Source: a candidate division FCPU426 bacterium (GTDB lineage: Bacteria; Oederibacteriota; Muellerivitia; Muellerivitales; Muellerivitaceae). From it: 64,000 bases of DNA. Of the stretch, positions 44,250-54,474 are shown piece after piece (position 1 is the first letter of the stretch; each line of letters opens with the position of its first letter). Made by a program: the position numbers and the translations under genes. The notes beneath the pieces are model-generated. The model did no database searches, was not told the DNA's origin, and was given only the letters and a program-made list of their open reading frames with translations. Location: positions 1,088,001 to 1,152,000 of the forward strand of contig CAVRAL010000001.1 in assembly GCA_963719085.1 (NCBI GenBank), written 5' to 3'.

Positions 44250-45281
44250 TCACTCAAACTTTTCCGTGCCATCCGGCTCCGCAAGAACCTGCCGTTCCTT
44301 GGCGCTGGCTTTATAGGCCACCCGCCGGGCCCGCATGATGTTCCCCAGCGGTTTAAACTCCACGGGCGCGTGCCAGATATCAAACGAAAGTTTCTCGATG
44401 AATTCATAAAGCTTACGGCCCGGGGCCGAATCCGGGTCCTGCGGGATCAGGGTCAACCTTCCCAAAGTCACAAAGGGCGCGACGTCTTCCTTCCACTCCA
44501 CCGAAACATCCTCAATGGGCGTTTGCACTTCGTCGACAAAAAATTGAACCGCGAAATCAAAGACCACAGGCTCTTTTTTGACTCGGGCCGAAAGGTCTTC
44601 CGCCAAATAATTGGGCGTCTGCCCCGGTTGAGCGTCAGGAGCGTTGGCCGCGTGGGGCTTGAGCCGGTAATGCACGGCGTAAGGGCCGAATTGAATGGGC
44701 GCCGCGCTGTAATAGTTCATTGTGGCCAGCGAGATCGTCGGGAGCTTTGGCCCCTTGGTGACCTTTTTGATAATGGCCAGGGTCCGGCCCAAGCCGACTT
44801 TGAGAATAATCAGGGGCAACCCGATCAAAGGATTGCCGATATGGGTGACAAAAGGGACGAACTCGTCGGCGTCTTTAAAAGGAAGGGCGGGCGACCCAAT
44901 GAGTAAAAAATCCTGGGTGGGCGCGTTTTCCAAGCCGGGAATGATCTTTTTCCCACCCACGCCCAATAGCTTGACCGCGATGGCCCGGGTGGTTCCGGCC
45001 TGGCGGTCGTCGTCGACCGTACTTCCCCCATTGGAAAACCGGACGTAGGCCGGGTAAGTCGAGGGTTGGGCAAAAATGCCTACCTTCGCGTAGTCAGGCA
45101 GGTCGGGCAAAACGGTGAATTCGGCTTTGAGTCCCAGGTGGCCCTTGGGATGCAGTGCCCGCTTGAGGGGGCCTTGGGAATCTCTTTTCTTTTGGATGGC
45201 GTGAAGGGCTTGCGCGTACTTTTCCAGCCTGGCCGCTTCGCCGGGTTTGATCGTTTCTTTCCATTGAGTCGAGGGCGCCAT
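44250..45281 (-). CDS. Catalase-related heme protein (short catalase-like fold)
   Basis: RALHPKGH (distal His), VRFSNG, QDFLL, PIED.SVEW and PLGNIMRARRVAY (proximal Tyr) motifs. Confidence 0.82.
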   Translation of the reverse strand: MAPSTQWKETIKPGEAARLEKYAQALHAIQKKRDSQGPLKRALHPKGHLGLKAEFTVLPDLPDYAKVGIFAQPSTYPAYVRFSNGGSTVDDDRQAGTTRAIAVKLLGVGGKKIIPGLENAPTQDFLLIGSPALPFKDADEFVPFVTHIGNPLIGLPLIILKVGLGRTLAIIKKVTKGPKLPTISLATMNYYSAAPIQFGPYAVHYRLKPHAANAPDAQPGQTPNYLAEDLSARVKKEPVVFDFAVQFFVDEVQTPIEDVSVEWKEDVAPFVTLGRLTLIPQDPDSAPGRKLYEFIEKLSFDIWHAPVEFKPLGNIMRARRVAYKASAKERQVLAEPDGTEKFE

Positions 45282-45491
45282 GGCTGTTCCTTTTATTTAA
45301 AGGTGATTTCCGAATCCTTTGAAAACTAACCGAGTCACCGAGAAATTGCAATGCGTCCGCCCGGGAAGCCGGCTGGAGCGGACGGCCGTGAAATTCAGAC
45401 CGGGATTAGGTCAGGAAGATTCTGTCCAATGTCAAAATAAATGCTAAAATCACGCCATCTAACGGTTTTCCCCTATTTTGACGGAGCTACC

Positions 45492-46586
45492 ATGCCAAAG
45501 GCCTATCCCGAAAAGATCAAAAAGCTCCTCAAACGCCAGCGGCTCCTCAACCATGAAATCCTCATGTATCGACGGGTCATGGAAGGCATGCGGGAAGGTT
45601 TAGTCTTTGAGAACCTGCTTAAACTCATCATTGATTCGATGCGAAAAGGGATGGGCTTCAAGCGGGCAGGCATTTTCCTGGTGGACCCGGACGGAAAACA
45701 TTTTCAGTTGGCTTTAGGGATAGGCGCCAACGGCAAATATGAGCACAATAAAGACCGGTTTCCCCTCGATACCAGCCCCGGAAAGGTCCCCCTGGCCGAC
45801 GTCATCAACGGCCGTGTGCGTTACTTTCTCTCCAACAATATCCCCAGCCGCATACCCCAGCGCTATCAATATAGGGTGGAAGTCATCAACAACGCCGTGG
45901 TGCCCATCCAGGTGGGAAAAGAAAAGACTATCGGCGCCCTAGCCGTGGACAATCTTCATCTCAACCGCCCCATCACCCAATCGGACGTTTCCAGCCTGAT
46001 GAACTACGCCACCCAGTTGGGATTGGCCATCGAATCCTTGAGGATCCACGAAAAGGTGATGAACCTGTCTTTGACCGATCCCTTGACCGAACTTTATAAC
46101 CGCCGGCATTTCGACAAGGCCCTGGCCCAGGAAATCAAGCGGTGCCAAAGGTACAAACGCTCCTTCAGCTTATTGCTGATCGACATCGACCATTTCAAGC
46201 GCATCAACGATAATTACGGCCATGACGCCGGGGACCGGGTGATCCGCCAGGTGGGAAACCTGCTGAGGAACGCCCTTCGCAATCCGGACGTGGTCGGGCG
46301 GGTCGGCGGCGAGGAATTCGCGGTCATCCTTGCTGAAACCCCGCCCCAAAACATCACCCTGGTCGTCAATAAACTTCTGAGGGAAATGAGGCGGACCGTA
46401 CCTGAGGTTCCGGCCATGGCTGAAAAAAATGAACGGGTGACCTTCAGCGTCGGGCTGGCCACTTTTTTAAGCGGGGACGTCACCGCGCAAGCGATTATGA
46501 AATTAGCCGATCAGAGCATGTACCAGGCCAAACGAAACGGCCGGAACCGGGCCGGATCGCTTAGGCTCATCCGGAAAAAACGCTGA
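45492..46586 (+). CDS. GAF-GGDEF diguanylate cyclase
   Basis: GAF domain, then DPLTELYNRR, DIDHFKRINDNYGH..GD, RxxD I-site (RNPD) and a GGEEF active site. ATG 45492 after GGAG. Confidence 0.93.
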   Translation: MPKAYPEKIKKLLKRQRLLNHEILMYRRVMEGMREGLVFENLLKLIIDSMRKGMGFKRAGIFLVDPDGKHFQLALGIGANGKYEHNKDRFPLDTSPGKVPLADVINGRVRYFLSNNIPSRIPQRYQYRVEVINNAVVPIQVGKEKTIGALAVDNLHLNRPITQSDVSSLMNYATQLGLAIESLRIHEKVMNLSLTDPLTELYNRRHFDKALAQEIKRCQRYKRSFSLLLIDIDHFKRINDNYGHDAGDRVIRQVGNLLRNALRNPDVVGRVGGEEFAVILAETPPQNITLVVNKLLREMRRTVPEVPAMAEKNERVTFSVGLATFLSGDVTAQAIMKLADQSMYQAKRNGRNRAGSLRLIRKKR

Positions 46587-46620
46587 CGCGGATCAAAGCT
46601 TTAGCCGAGAAGGAGCCGCC

Positions 46621-47496
46621 TTGAAAAAATCCCTCCCCCCTCTCTGGGTCGTGGTCACCGGGGTCACCGCCGACCCTCCGGGCGCCACCTATGGCCCGCG
46701 GCTTTCCGATAACTATGAGCTCATCTGGATCATGGAAGGCGAGGTCAAGGCGACCTTCGACCAGGCCGTGATCCAAGGCAAGGAAGGCACCTTCCTTTTT
46801 CGGCGTCCGGGAGTCCGGGATTACTACGAATGGTCGACCCGAAACCGGACCATCCACGCCTATGTCCAGTTCGATATCCCCCGCCGGGGCGGCTTTCCCA
46901 TTCCCTCCAAAGGCGTGCCGGTTTCCCGAAAAATAGCGGATAACGACGTGCTTCGTCCTTTATTCAATTACTTATTGCAGTTGGACAGCCTGAAGGAACC
47001 CCAAAGGACCGAATTGATGGTCCCCACCCTGGAATTGTTATTGAAAAGTTATATTTCCGGACAGGTGAAGGTGAAGCCTCAACTGGCCGCCCAAGTACCC
47101 GAATTAGTCGAGCGCTCGGTGGAGGTCATCACCCGCAAGACCACCCAGTCCCCGCCGGAGCGCTTGAGCCTGACGGAATTGGCCAAGACCGTCCACTCTT
47201 CCCCCGAGAACCTGTGCCGACTTTTCCAAAAGTCCCTGAACCTGGGTCCCCTGGAATACGCCAAGATGGTCCGGCTGGACCGGGCCGCCAATCTTTTGAG
47301 GCGCACCAATCAAAGCCTCGCCCAAATCGCCGCGGCCACGGGTTTCTATGACGGCTTCCATCTTTCCAAAAGTTTCAAAAAGGTTTATGGCCTGTCCCCC
47401 AAAGAATTCAAGGGTTCCAAATTGAACGAATGGATCACCCAAAAGAACCCGATCGTCCAGACCCTCTACAACGCCTACCACAAGCCCCTTCCCTAA
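46621..47496 (+). CDS. AraC-family transcriptional regulator
   Basis: Cupin-like N-terminus and double HTH (LTELAK...LCRLFQK; IAAATGF.D..HLSKSFKKVYGLSP). AAGGAG RBS with TTG start. Confidence 0.92.
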   Translation: MKKSLPPLWVVVTGVTADPPGATYGPRLSDNYELIWIMEGEVKATFDQAVIQGKEGTFLFRRPGVRDYYEWSTRNRTIHAYVQFDIPRRGGFPIPSKGVPVSRKIADNDVLRPLFNYLLQLDSLKEPQRTELMVPTLELLLKSYISGQVKVKPQLAAQVPELVERSVEVITRKTTQSPPERLSLTELAKTVHSSPENLCRLFQKSLNLGPLEYAKMVRLDRAANLLRRTNQSLAQIAAATGFYDGFHLSKSFKKVYGLSPKEFKGSKLNEWITQKNPIVQTLYNAYHKPLP

Positions 47497-47523
47497 ACCC
47501 GCCGGGAAATGAAGCCGTTTTAG

Positions 47524-47554
47524 AACTATGCGCTTGGCAAAGCGCATAGTTTTT
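47524..47554 (+). terminator. Intrinsic terminator after araC
   Basis: AACTATGCGCTT-N4-AAGCGCATAGTT followed by T residues. Confidence 0.75.
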
Positions 47555-47557
47555 GAA

Positions 47558-47699
47558 TGTCATCGCGAGGAACGAAGTTTGTGACGAAGCAATCTCCGTT
47601 TATGGGTTGTGGCGGCCTAAATCTCACGGTGTATTAAAAGGCCAGAAACTGGGATTGCTTCGTCGCTAAAGCCAATGAGCGACGCTCCTCGCAATGACA
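47558..47699. repeat. 142-bp palindromic REP/RPE-like intergenic element
   Basis: Termini TGTCATCGCGAGGA / TCCTCGCAATGACA and inner arms GACGAAGCAATC / GATTGCTTCGTC. Confidence 0.8.
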
Positions 47700-47894
47700 G
47701 ATCGACAGCTCATCTCAGAATGCTTTCCCAGCACCCAGTTCCCAATCGTTTTCCCTGTGCCCCAAAGTCAAAATCATCCATCCATTGGTTATTCCTGTAC
47801 ATGGCGTATTAACACCCCTGGAGTAAACTTTAAAAACGTTACAAGCGCGGGTCTGTCGGACTCTTGGCCTTGAAACATTTTTAGCGGGGAAACC

Positions 47895-50165
47895 ATGACG
47901 ATCAGCTTTAAAAAAATCGCGGTTGGAACCAAAAGACGGTCGCTGTTTTTATCCGCGCTCTTGCTTCCCTTCCTGTCGGCCGCCTTCCCGGCCTGGGCCG
48001 CGCCTCCCGCCGGCTACAACCTGGTTTGGAGTGACGAATTTAACGGGCCCGTCGGGAGCGCCCCGAACCCCGCCAACTGGACCTATGACACGGGCGACGG
48101 AGGTTGGGGCAACAGCGAACTGGAAAACTACACCAACAGCACCAACAATTCCCGGATCGTCTCGGACACCAACGCCACCGACGGTTCGGCCCTGGCCATC
48201 ATCGCCATCGACACCCAGCCCGGCAACCCGAACTACGGCACGGTGGGACGCTATACCTCCGCCCGCCTTTTAACGTCCGGCCTTCAAAGTTTTCAATACG
48301 GCTACATGGAAGCCCGCATCCAGATGCCCTATGGCGACGGCATTTGGCCGGCCTATTGGATGTTGGGGAATAATATCGGCTCGGTCGGATGGCCCGCCTG
48401 CGGCGAGATGGACATCATGGAAAATATCGGGAACTCCGCGGACCAGCCGCTCAACCACAGCTCCCTTCACGCCCCCAACTGGAACCCCACCGGGACCTAT
48501 ACCCTGCCCGGCGGCGCGCTTTATCACAACGCCTACCACACCTTCGCGGCGCTTTGGCAGCCCAATCAGATTCAATTTTACGTGGACGGGGTTCTTTTCG
48601 AGACCCAGAACTCGGCCGGGGCCGCCGGCGCCGGTGGCACTTACGAATTCAACAGCTCGATGTTTTTTTTGCTGAACCTGGCGGTCGGAGGCAGTTGGCC
48701 CGGTTCGCCGGACGCCGGCACTTCTTTTCCCCAAACCATGCTGGTGGACTATGTGCGGGTGTATCAACCATCAGCCGGAACCCCGACGCCCACCCCCACC
48801 CCGGTCGTCGCCTCCACTTGGCGGGTGGTCGCGGGCGGGGCCCAGACCACCGACAGCCAGGGGCATGTTTGGAGCGCGGATGAGAACTATACGGGTGGAA
48901 CGTCGGCGGTCGTATCGACCAACGCCATCACGGGATCCCTTCCGGGAGCGGGCGACCAAGCCCTTTACCAAAGCCAGCGATACGGAAACCCTTTCTCTTA
49001 TGTCTTCAATGTTCCCGCCGGGTCCTATCAAGTGACGCTTAAGTTCGCGGAGAACTATTGGACCGCGGCCGGGGACAGGGTTTTCAATGTTTCCATCAAC
49101 GGAAACACGGTCCTGACCAATTTCGATATATTCAAATCAGCCGGAGGTGAAAACATCGCCCTGGATGAGGTGTTCAACAATATCGCGCCTGCCGGCGGGG
49201 CCATCACGATCCAATTCGGTCCGGCCAGCGTCGATAACGCCATGGTCGACGCCATCCAGATCATCCCGGAACCGGCCACGCCCACGCCGAGCCCCACTAT
49301 CACGAATAGTCCCACTTCAACCAAAACCGCCACTCCCACCAAGACCCCGTCCCCAACCGCTACTACGACCTTCACCGCGACGAAGACCCCCTCCGCCACA
49401 CCCAGCTCAACAGCCACGCCGAGCGCGACCGCCTCCCAGTCGCCAACGATGACCAATACACCAACTTTGTCGACGCCGACTTGGACAACGACCACACTTC
49501 CGACTTCGACCGTGACTTCCACCCCGTCCGGAACCCTGTCCCCCACTCCGACGCCGACCTGGACGGCCCTTTTCACGAGTACGGCCACGCCCACCAAAAC
49601 CCTCACCTCGACTCCCACCCCCACTTCCACGCTTTCCTACACGCCAACTGAATCATCCACCATAACCCATACCTTTACACCTACGATGACGAAGTCCCCA
49701 ACAGAGACCGCCACTTTCACCCCGACTTCGTCGTCGACTGGCACCGCCACACCCTCGCCAACGAAAACATTCACCCCGCCTCCGACAGCGACCTGGACCG
49801 ATACCATGACCCCTTCGCCGACCCCCACAAATACTTCAACCGCCATCGACACTCCGACCCCGACCGCCACGGCCCAGATGCCGGTGGGAATTCCCATTCC
49901 ATTTCCCAATCCCTCGACGGGCCCCGGGCCGGTCCAAGTGCAGATCCTGCTCAAGCAACCCGCCGCCTGGCTGGCGATCAAGGTCTATACCCTGGCTTTT
50001 CGGATGGTGAATGAGCAGAACTACCAGAATCTCCCGGCGGGGCCCAATGACTTTCCTTTGTCGCCCACCGGAAAAGGGGGAGCCCCGCTGGCCAATGGCC
50101 TCTATTACCTGGAAGCCACGACTCCCCAAGGTCACTCCGTCGGGAAGTGGCTGATTCTCCGCTGA
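47895..50165 (+). CDS. Secreted GH16 beta-glucanase-like enzyme with malectin domain, Thr/Pro linker and C-terminal Ig-like sorting domain
   Basis: Signal peptide, LVWSDEF, YTSARL, GIWPAYW, catalytic EMDIME, LNLAVGG.WPG, malectin (YQSQRYG, VTLKFAE, RVFNV), ~200-aa T/P/S linker, PFPNP...ANGLYY C-terminal domain. Confidence 0.92.
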   Translation: MTISFKKIAVGTKRRSLFLSALLLPFLSAAFPAWAAPPAGYNLVWSDEFNGPVGSAPNPANWTYDTGDGGWGNSELENYTNSTNNSRIVSDTNATDGSALAIIAIDTQPGNPNYGTVGRYTSARLLTSGLQSFQYGYMEARIQMPYGDGIWPAYWMLGNNIGSVGWPACGEMDIMENIGNSADQPLNHSSLHAPNWNPTGTYTLPGGALYHNAYHTFAALWQPNQIQFYVDGVLFETQNSAGAAGAGGTYEFNSSMFFLLNLAVGGSWPGSPDAGTSFPQTMLVDYVRVYQPSAGTPTPTPTPVVASTWRVVAGGAQTTDSQGHVWSADENYTGGTSAVVSTNAITGSLPGAGDQALYQSQRYGNPFSYVFNVPAGSYQVTLKFAENYWTAAGDRVFNVSINGNTVLTNFDIFKSAGGENIALDEVFNNIAPAGGAITIQFGPASVDNAMVDAIQIIPEPATPTPSPTITNSPTSTKTATPTKTPSPTATTTFTATKTPSATPSSTATPSATASQSPTMTNTPTLSTPTWTTTTLPTSTVTSTPSGTLSPTPTPTWTALFTSTATPTKTLTSTPTPTSTLSYTPTESSTITHTFTPTMTKSPTETATFTPTSSSTGTATPSPTKTFTPPPTATWTDTMTPSPTPTNTSTAIDTPTPTATAQMPVGIPIPFPNPSTGPGPVQVQILLKQPAAWLAIKVYTLAFRMVNEQNYQNLPAGPNDFPLSPTGKGGAPLANGLYYLEATTPQGHSVGKWLILR

Positions 50166-50181
50166 CCTTTCCTGTTTAAAA

Positions 50182-50940
50182 CTACCGGTGAATGAAAAAA
50201 TAAAGGGTTAAGAGAAACCCGACAACCGAAATAAAGTTCCGCAAAATCGACGGATTTACTTTTTCGAAAAAAAAACGCCCAAAAATCCGCCGCTCACGGC
50301 GCCCGCGATCATGACCATCGTCACCGGCCAATTCAGCGAATAATTAAAAAAGAAAATGCTGACGGCCACACCGTTCATGAATCCGGCCAAAAGCGTTTTA
50401 ACGGCATTCATCGATTGGATATTTTTCATTCCAACCATGGAAAAAACGCCAAGATGAGAATGCCGTTGCATCCCCCGAAATAACCTCCATAGATCGCCGA
50501 AAGAAAAAGGACCGCCACCAAAAGAACGGGGGTCGATTTCCGGTTTTCCATCTTGCGGATCACCAGGGACCCAAAGGTAAAAGCAGGGTCGCGAACAAAA
50601 GGAGATAGGGCAGCAAAAAAGTGAAATAGCTTTGGGGCGCCTTGACTAAAAACTCAGCGCCAAGAACCGCCCCCGCCAGAGCCGCCGACAGCCAATAAAG
50701 AATTTGGGAGCCGTGGAATTCGGAAAATTCCTTCCGGTAGGCCCAAGCGGAGAAAAACTAACCAAAGAAAAGCCCCACCGTGCAGGTAATATTCGCCTCA
50801 ACCGGCCGGATGCCTAAAAAGACAAGGATCGGGAAGGTGATCAGGATTCCCCCTCCCGCGATGGAGTTCAGGGCCCCTGCCGCGAAGGCCGAGAAAAACA
50901 GGAACAAATCGATTCGAAAAGGGGAAAAGTCCACCGGCAC
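50182..50940 (-). pseudogene. Disrupted sulfite exporter TauE/SafE (TSUP) family gene
   Basis: AGALNSIAGGG, SAWAYRKE, AIYGGYFGG and NAVK motifs spread over several frames. In-frame TAG at 50758-50760 and about three 1-bp frameshifts. Confidence 0.8.
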
Positions 50941-51222
50941 TAAGGGCAGAAAAAAGCTAGCTGGGCCACCTCAAAATTGCAATGCGTTTGATTAGCACCC
51001 AGCTGAACGGCCTTAGCCTTGGGGGCAGAGTGTCGAATTCTCGTCGTCCATGAAATCCTCACCATTCGCTCGATAAAGGCGAAAACCTAGTGTCCCCTCC
51101 GTTACGCTACGGGGAGAGCCATTCATCCAACAAAAAAGGCCATCCAGATGAACCGAATGACCTTTAATGACATGAATGGGCCCCCTCATAAGGCGTCGGG
51201 GACATCCACTTGCTCTATAAAC

Positions 51223-51265
51223 AAAAAGCCGGGCAACACGCTAATTAGCATATTGCTCGGTTTTT
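51223..51265. terminator. Long imperfect hairpin immediately 3' of the tRNA fragment
   Basis: AAAAAGCCGGGCAACACGCTA-AT-TAGCATATTGCTCGGTTTTT. Confidence 0.6.
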
Positions 51266-51273
51266 GATGCAAG

Positions 51274-51324
51274 TGATGCCCGAGGCCGAACTTGAACCAA
51301 CATGCGGTTGACCTCGATGGATTT
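51274..51324 (-). pseudogene. Degenerate 3' half of a tRNA-Leu-like gene (att-site remnant)
   Basis: Minus strand AAATCCATCGAGGTCAACCGCATGTTGGTTCAAGTTCGGCCTCGGGCATCA: anticodon-stem 3' side, long variable arm, T-loop GTTCAAGT, acceptor strand and a CCA-like end. The 5' half is absent. Confidence 0.7.
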
Positions 51325-51723
51325 CTCTAAATTTTGTCGCAAGAATAAATTCAGAGAAAAGAACTCCCAACCGTTTACATCAACAGTCCCTTTCCAAAAC
51401 CTTTCCACCCCTAGCAAACCAACTTGTTCGGGACTTAGGGTCGTAAATCAATGGTCTGCTTTCAGTTTTATTCTCCGCCGAGGAGGTAAACCCGGCCTGG
51501 CAGTCAAGCTGACAAAGGTCGGTTCCGGTATTTTAAAGGCGTAGATTTGGATGATTTTCATGGAGAGGCCCCTGCTTGTGTATACAAGTACACACAGAAC
51601 TTAAAAGGAGATTAATAAATGAGGATATTATCCAGATAAGATTTTCCCGGGGATAGGCTTAAAAATTGATTTCAAAAACAGCTCAGCTTATTTTCAAATA
51701 ATTGGCTCGAAGGCTAGAAAAAA

Positions 51724-52116
51724 TTAATCCACGTCCTCGTTCCCGGCCTTCCAATTCTTCCAATAAACATAAAACTGATAAATAAAAAAAGAAACAGCCG
51801 ATATCGCCGTAAGTGAAAATTCCGTCATAAAAAAAGCAAGAACATCTTTTGAGTTAAAATTCAAACCACATTTAAAGCAAATTAAAAAAAAACCAATCGT
51901 AGAAAAAATTATCGGAAAAACCCAAATAACAGCAACAATGCTCCTTTGATTGGAATTTATATTAGCAACTTGAGAATAGGGAAAATATTTAACCATTATT
52001 AAATAATTGCATATTGATAAAAAAATACCAACGAAGATTCCGAATAAAATTGCGATTATCATCGAAGACCTTTTCCCCATTTTTCGGTTGTGCAGACATT
52101 CCACCAGATCGGTCAT
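51724..52116 (-). CDS. AT-rich hypothetical membrane protein (about three TMs)
   Basis: 130-aa ORF with three hydrophobic segments. No family recognised. Confidence 0.5.
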   Translation of the reverse strand: MTDLVECLHNRKMGKRSSMIIAILFGIFVGIFLSICNYLIMVKYFPYSQVANINSNQRSIVAVIWVFPIIFSTIGFFLICFKCGLNFNSKDVLAFFMTEFSLTAISAVSFFIYQFYVYWKNWKAGNEDVD

Positions 52117-52162
52117 TTATTTAAGTTCATCATTCTACACGACTTCATAGCCATTAAATTTA

Positions 52163-52348
52163 CTACAAGCTGTTATAAAAAGATTCTTTTTCATAATTTT
52201 CCCTAACTAGCTTCAGCACCGTTGTCGACCAACAAATTGCCAAAATGCAAGACAGCAAAAAGACAATAAGGAGAAATTTCGATATTCCCCAATAAGAAAT
52301 TAAAAAGGAAAAAATAGCCAAAACAAAATGCTTAAAGGAATATGCCAA
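52163..52348 (-). pseudogene. Possible fragment of a second small membrane-protein gene
   Basis: Short hydrophobic ORF with a weak TTG start in AT-rich DNA. Hydrophobic-coding sequence appears to continue upstream in other frames. Confidence 0.3.
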
Positions 52349-53277
52349 AGCCAGCCCAAACCTATATTTTTCTTAAAATCTTTTTCCAAAAAATAAAAAT
52401 AAAAGACAAAACACGCATAACTGAAAAAAATAACTCGCAGTAGTAGAATTTAGTTTTTTAAAATAAGAAATCAAAATAAATAAAAAATCAAATGACGAAT
52501 ACCCCATAAATACAAATTCAAATATCTTTTATTCTCCCGAGCAGAGTTCCAATAAGTCCACAACTCGCTTAATTTCCTCCTAATCTTAACTCATAACTAC
52601 CGTTAAGAAATAACGGTTTCGAGGACAAATAAAAGGGAATTTGGCCCCAGAAAAATGGCTACGTATTCTCCATCAAAACACTTCTTAAACGGAAGTCTCC
52701 GGTGTACGGGAAAATCATCTTTTACAGAAATCCCGGTTCTGAAAAGTCATCTGGTTTTCAATTAATTTCGTTTCCTCGTCGCCAAAAAGGCCGGATTGGT
52801 CATGGAACAGAGCTAAATATTCTCCAAACAGTTTAAGATCGGCACCGTCTTGCTACCGAGTATGGATTCACGTCTGGAAGGAAAGTCGTTCATGGGTTGC
52901 ATTTCTGATTGAGCATGTAGTAAATCCTGGAGCTGGATTTCATTAGCAAAACTTTCTGTATTAAGACAATCCACTTGTCACCCGGAATTCTCAAACCTGT
53001 TACTTCTATAAATAGATCTTGATTGACTGCTTTTAACATCATTCCGCCTTACTTCTCGCCGACGCAATCCAAAAGGTTATACATTCGTCTCATAGCTCAT
53101 CTTTTCCCAGCCCGGGTTTCGCCTCGGTTCCGTTAGCCTATTTTCTGTCTTTTAATATCCCCCGGAATCCAAATATATGTCCATGATGTTTCAAGATTTT
53201 CTACAAAACTTAGTTTCCGGGGAGCCAGCCGCTTCCCGCCCCGTCTCCCGGAATACCTCATGAAAGGCGACTCATGC

Positions 53278-54474
53278 TGACCTGTGTCCCGAAAACTAAA
53301 CTAGTTTAAAGTAGAGACCTCTCGTAATAAACTACGAAACATGGGAGACTCAAAAATGAAAAAAAGCCGATTTACCGAAGATCAAGTGGTGCAGATTTTG
53401 AAGGAATCCGAAGCCGACACGGCGACCAACGAGCTTTGCCGCAAATATGGGATTTCTCCCGAAACCTTCGATAAGTGGAAATCGAAGTGCCGGGGATTGG
53501 AAGTCTCGGACGTGAAAAAGATGAGACAGTTGGAAGAAGAAAACTCCAAGCTCAAACACATGGTGGCCGAACAGGCGTTGGACATCCAAGCCTGAAAATG
53601 GTTCTCTCAAAAAAGTTCTAAAGCGCTCACAGAATCGGGAAGTTGTGGGCGCGATGGCTGAGCTTGGATTGCGTGAGCGAAAAGCCTGCGACTTGATGAC
53701 GTTGAACCGAAGCACCCACCGCAATGAGACGCATCCAAGGGATGATTTGGCTCTACGGAAGAACCTTCTGGAATTGCCTCAAAGGTGGCGCCGGTTCGGT
53801 GGACGTCGCATGAAGATAATGCTGGAACGCGAAGGCTTCCAGGACAGTCCTAAGCGCATTTGACGTGTATATAGTGTGGAAAACCTGCAAGTTCGCAAAA
53901 GGAACCGTAAGAAGGTAGCTCGGTTCAGGGCGGCCAAGCTGGCAGCCCCAATCGGAAGAACGAACGGTGGTCGATGGATTTTGTGAGCGATGCTTTGGCG
54001 AACGGTCGAAAGTTCAGGACGTTGAACGTGGTGGACGAATACACGCGGGAATGCTGGACTATTGAAGTGGATACGTCGTTACCGGGTGTAGCCGTGGTTG
54101 AGGTGTTGGAGAGGCTAAACCAGGAGCAAGGCTTGCCGGAAGTACTGATGACGGACAACGGTCCGGAATTTGCGGGGACGGTGTTGGATGCCTCGGCTTT
54201 CAAAGGGGGCGTGAAGATGCACTTTATTGATCCGGGAAAGCCGACCCAGAATGCCTATGTGGAAAGCTTCAACGGAAAGTTCCGGGACGAGTGTTTGAAC
54301 TAGCATTGGTTTTTTGATCCGGCGGAAGCGCACCAGAGGATTGAGAAGTGGCGGCAGGAGTACAACCAGATCAGGCCGCACAGTAGTCTTGGAAACGTAA
54401 CACCGAAAGAATTTGCTCAAGCTAGAAGGGCTGGACTCCACTTATGATTGGTACAAAAATAGGGACACAGGTCA
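53278..54474 (+). mobile_element. Decayed IS3-family insertion sequence (IS407-group-like), 1197 bp
   Basis: Terminal IRs TGACCTGTGTCCC / GGGACACAGGTCA with TG..CA ends, and a 4-bp target duplication ATGC at 53274-53277 and 54475-54478. Confidence 0.93.
53356..54447 (+). pseudogene. IS3 transposase orfA/orfB, inactivated
   Basis: OrfA MKKSRFTEDQ...LEEENSKLK. A6G slippery site near 53609. OrfB DDE core [38 protein letters not shown]. Premature stops at 53593, 53861 and 54301. Confidence 0.9.

Noticed and set aside
49270..49875. Tandem DNA repeat or CRISPR-like array
   Set aside because: Low-complexity Thr/Pro/Ser coding linker with no identical repeat-spacer structure. No CRISPR array or cas gene was seen in the window.
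50758..50760. Amber read-through or recoding in the TauE-like gene
   Set aside because: The same gene also has several frameshifts, and TAG serves as a normal stop elsewhere in the window.
51274..51324. Functional tRNA gene
   Set aside because: The 5' half (acceptor 5' strand, D arm, anticodon) is missing and the stems are degenerate.
51302..51544. 80-aa plus-strand ORF at the island edge
   Set aside because: It starts inside the tRNA remnant, has no RBS and shows no recognisable motifs.
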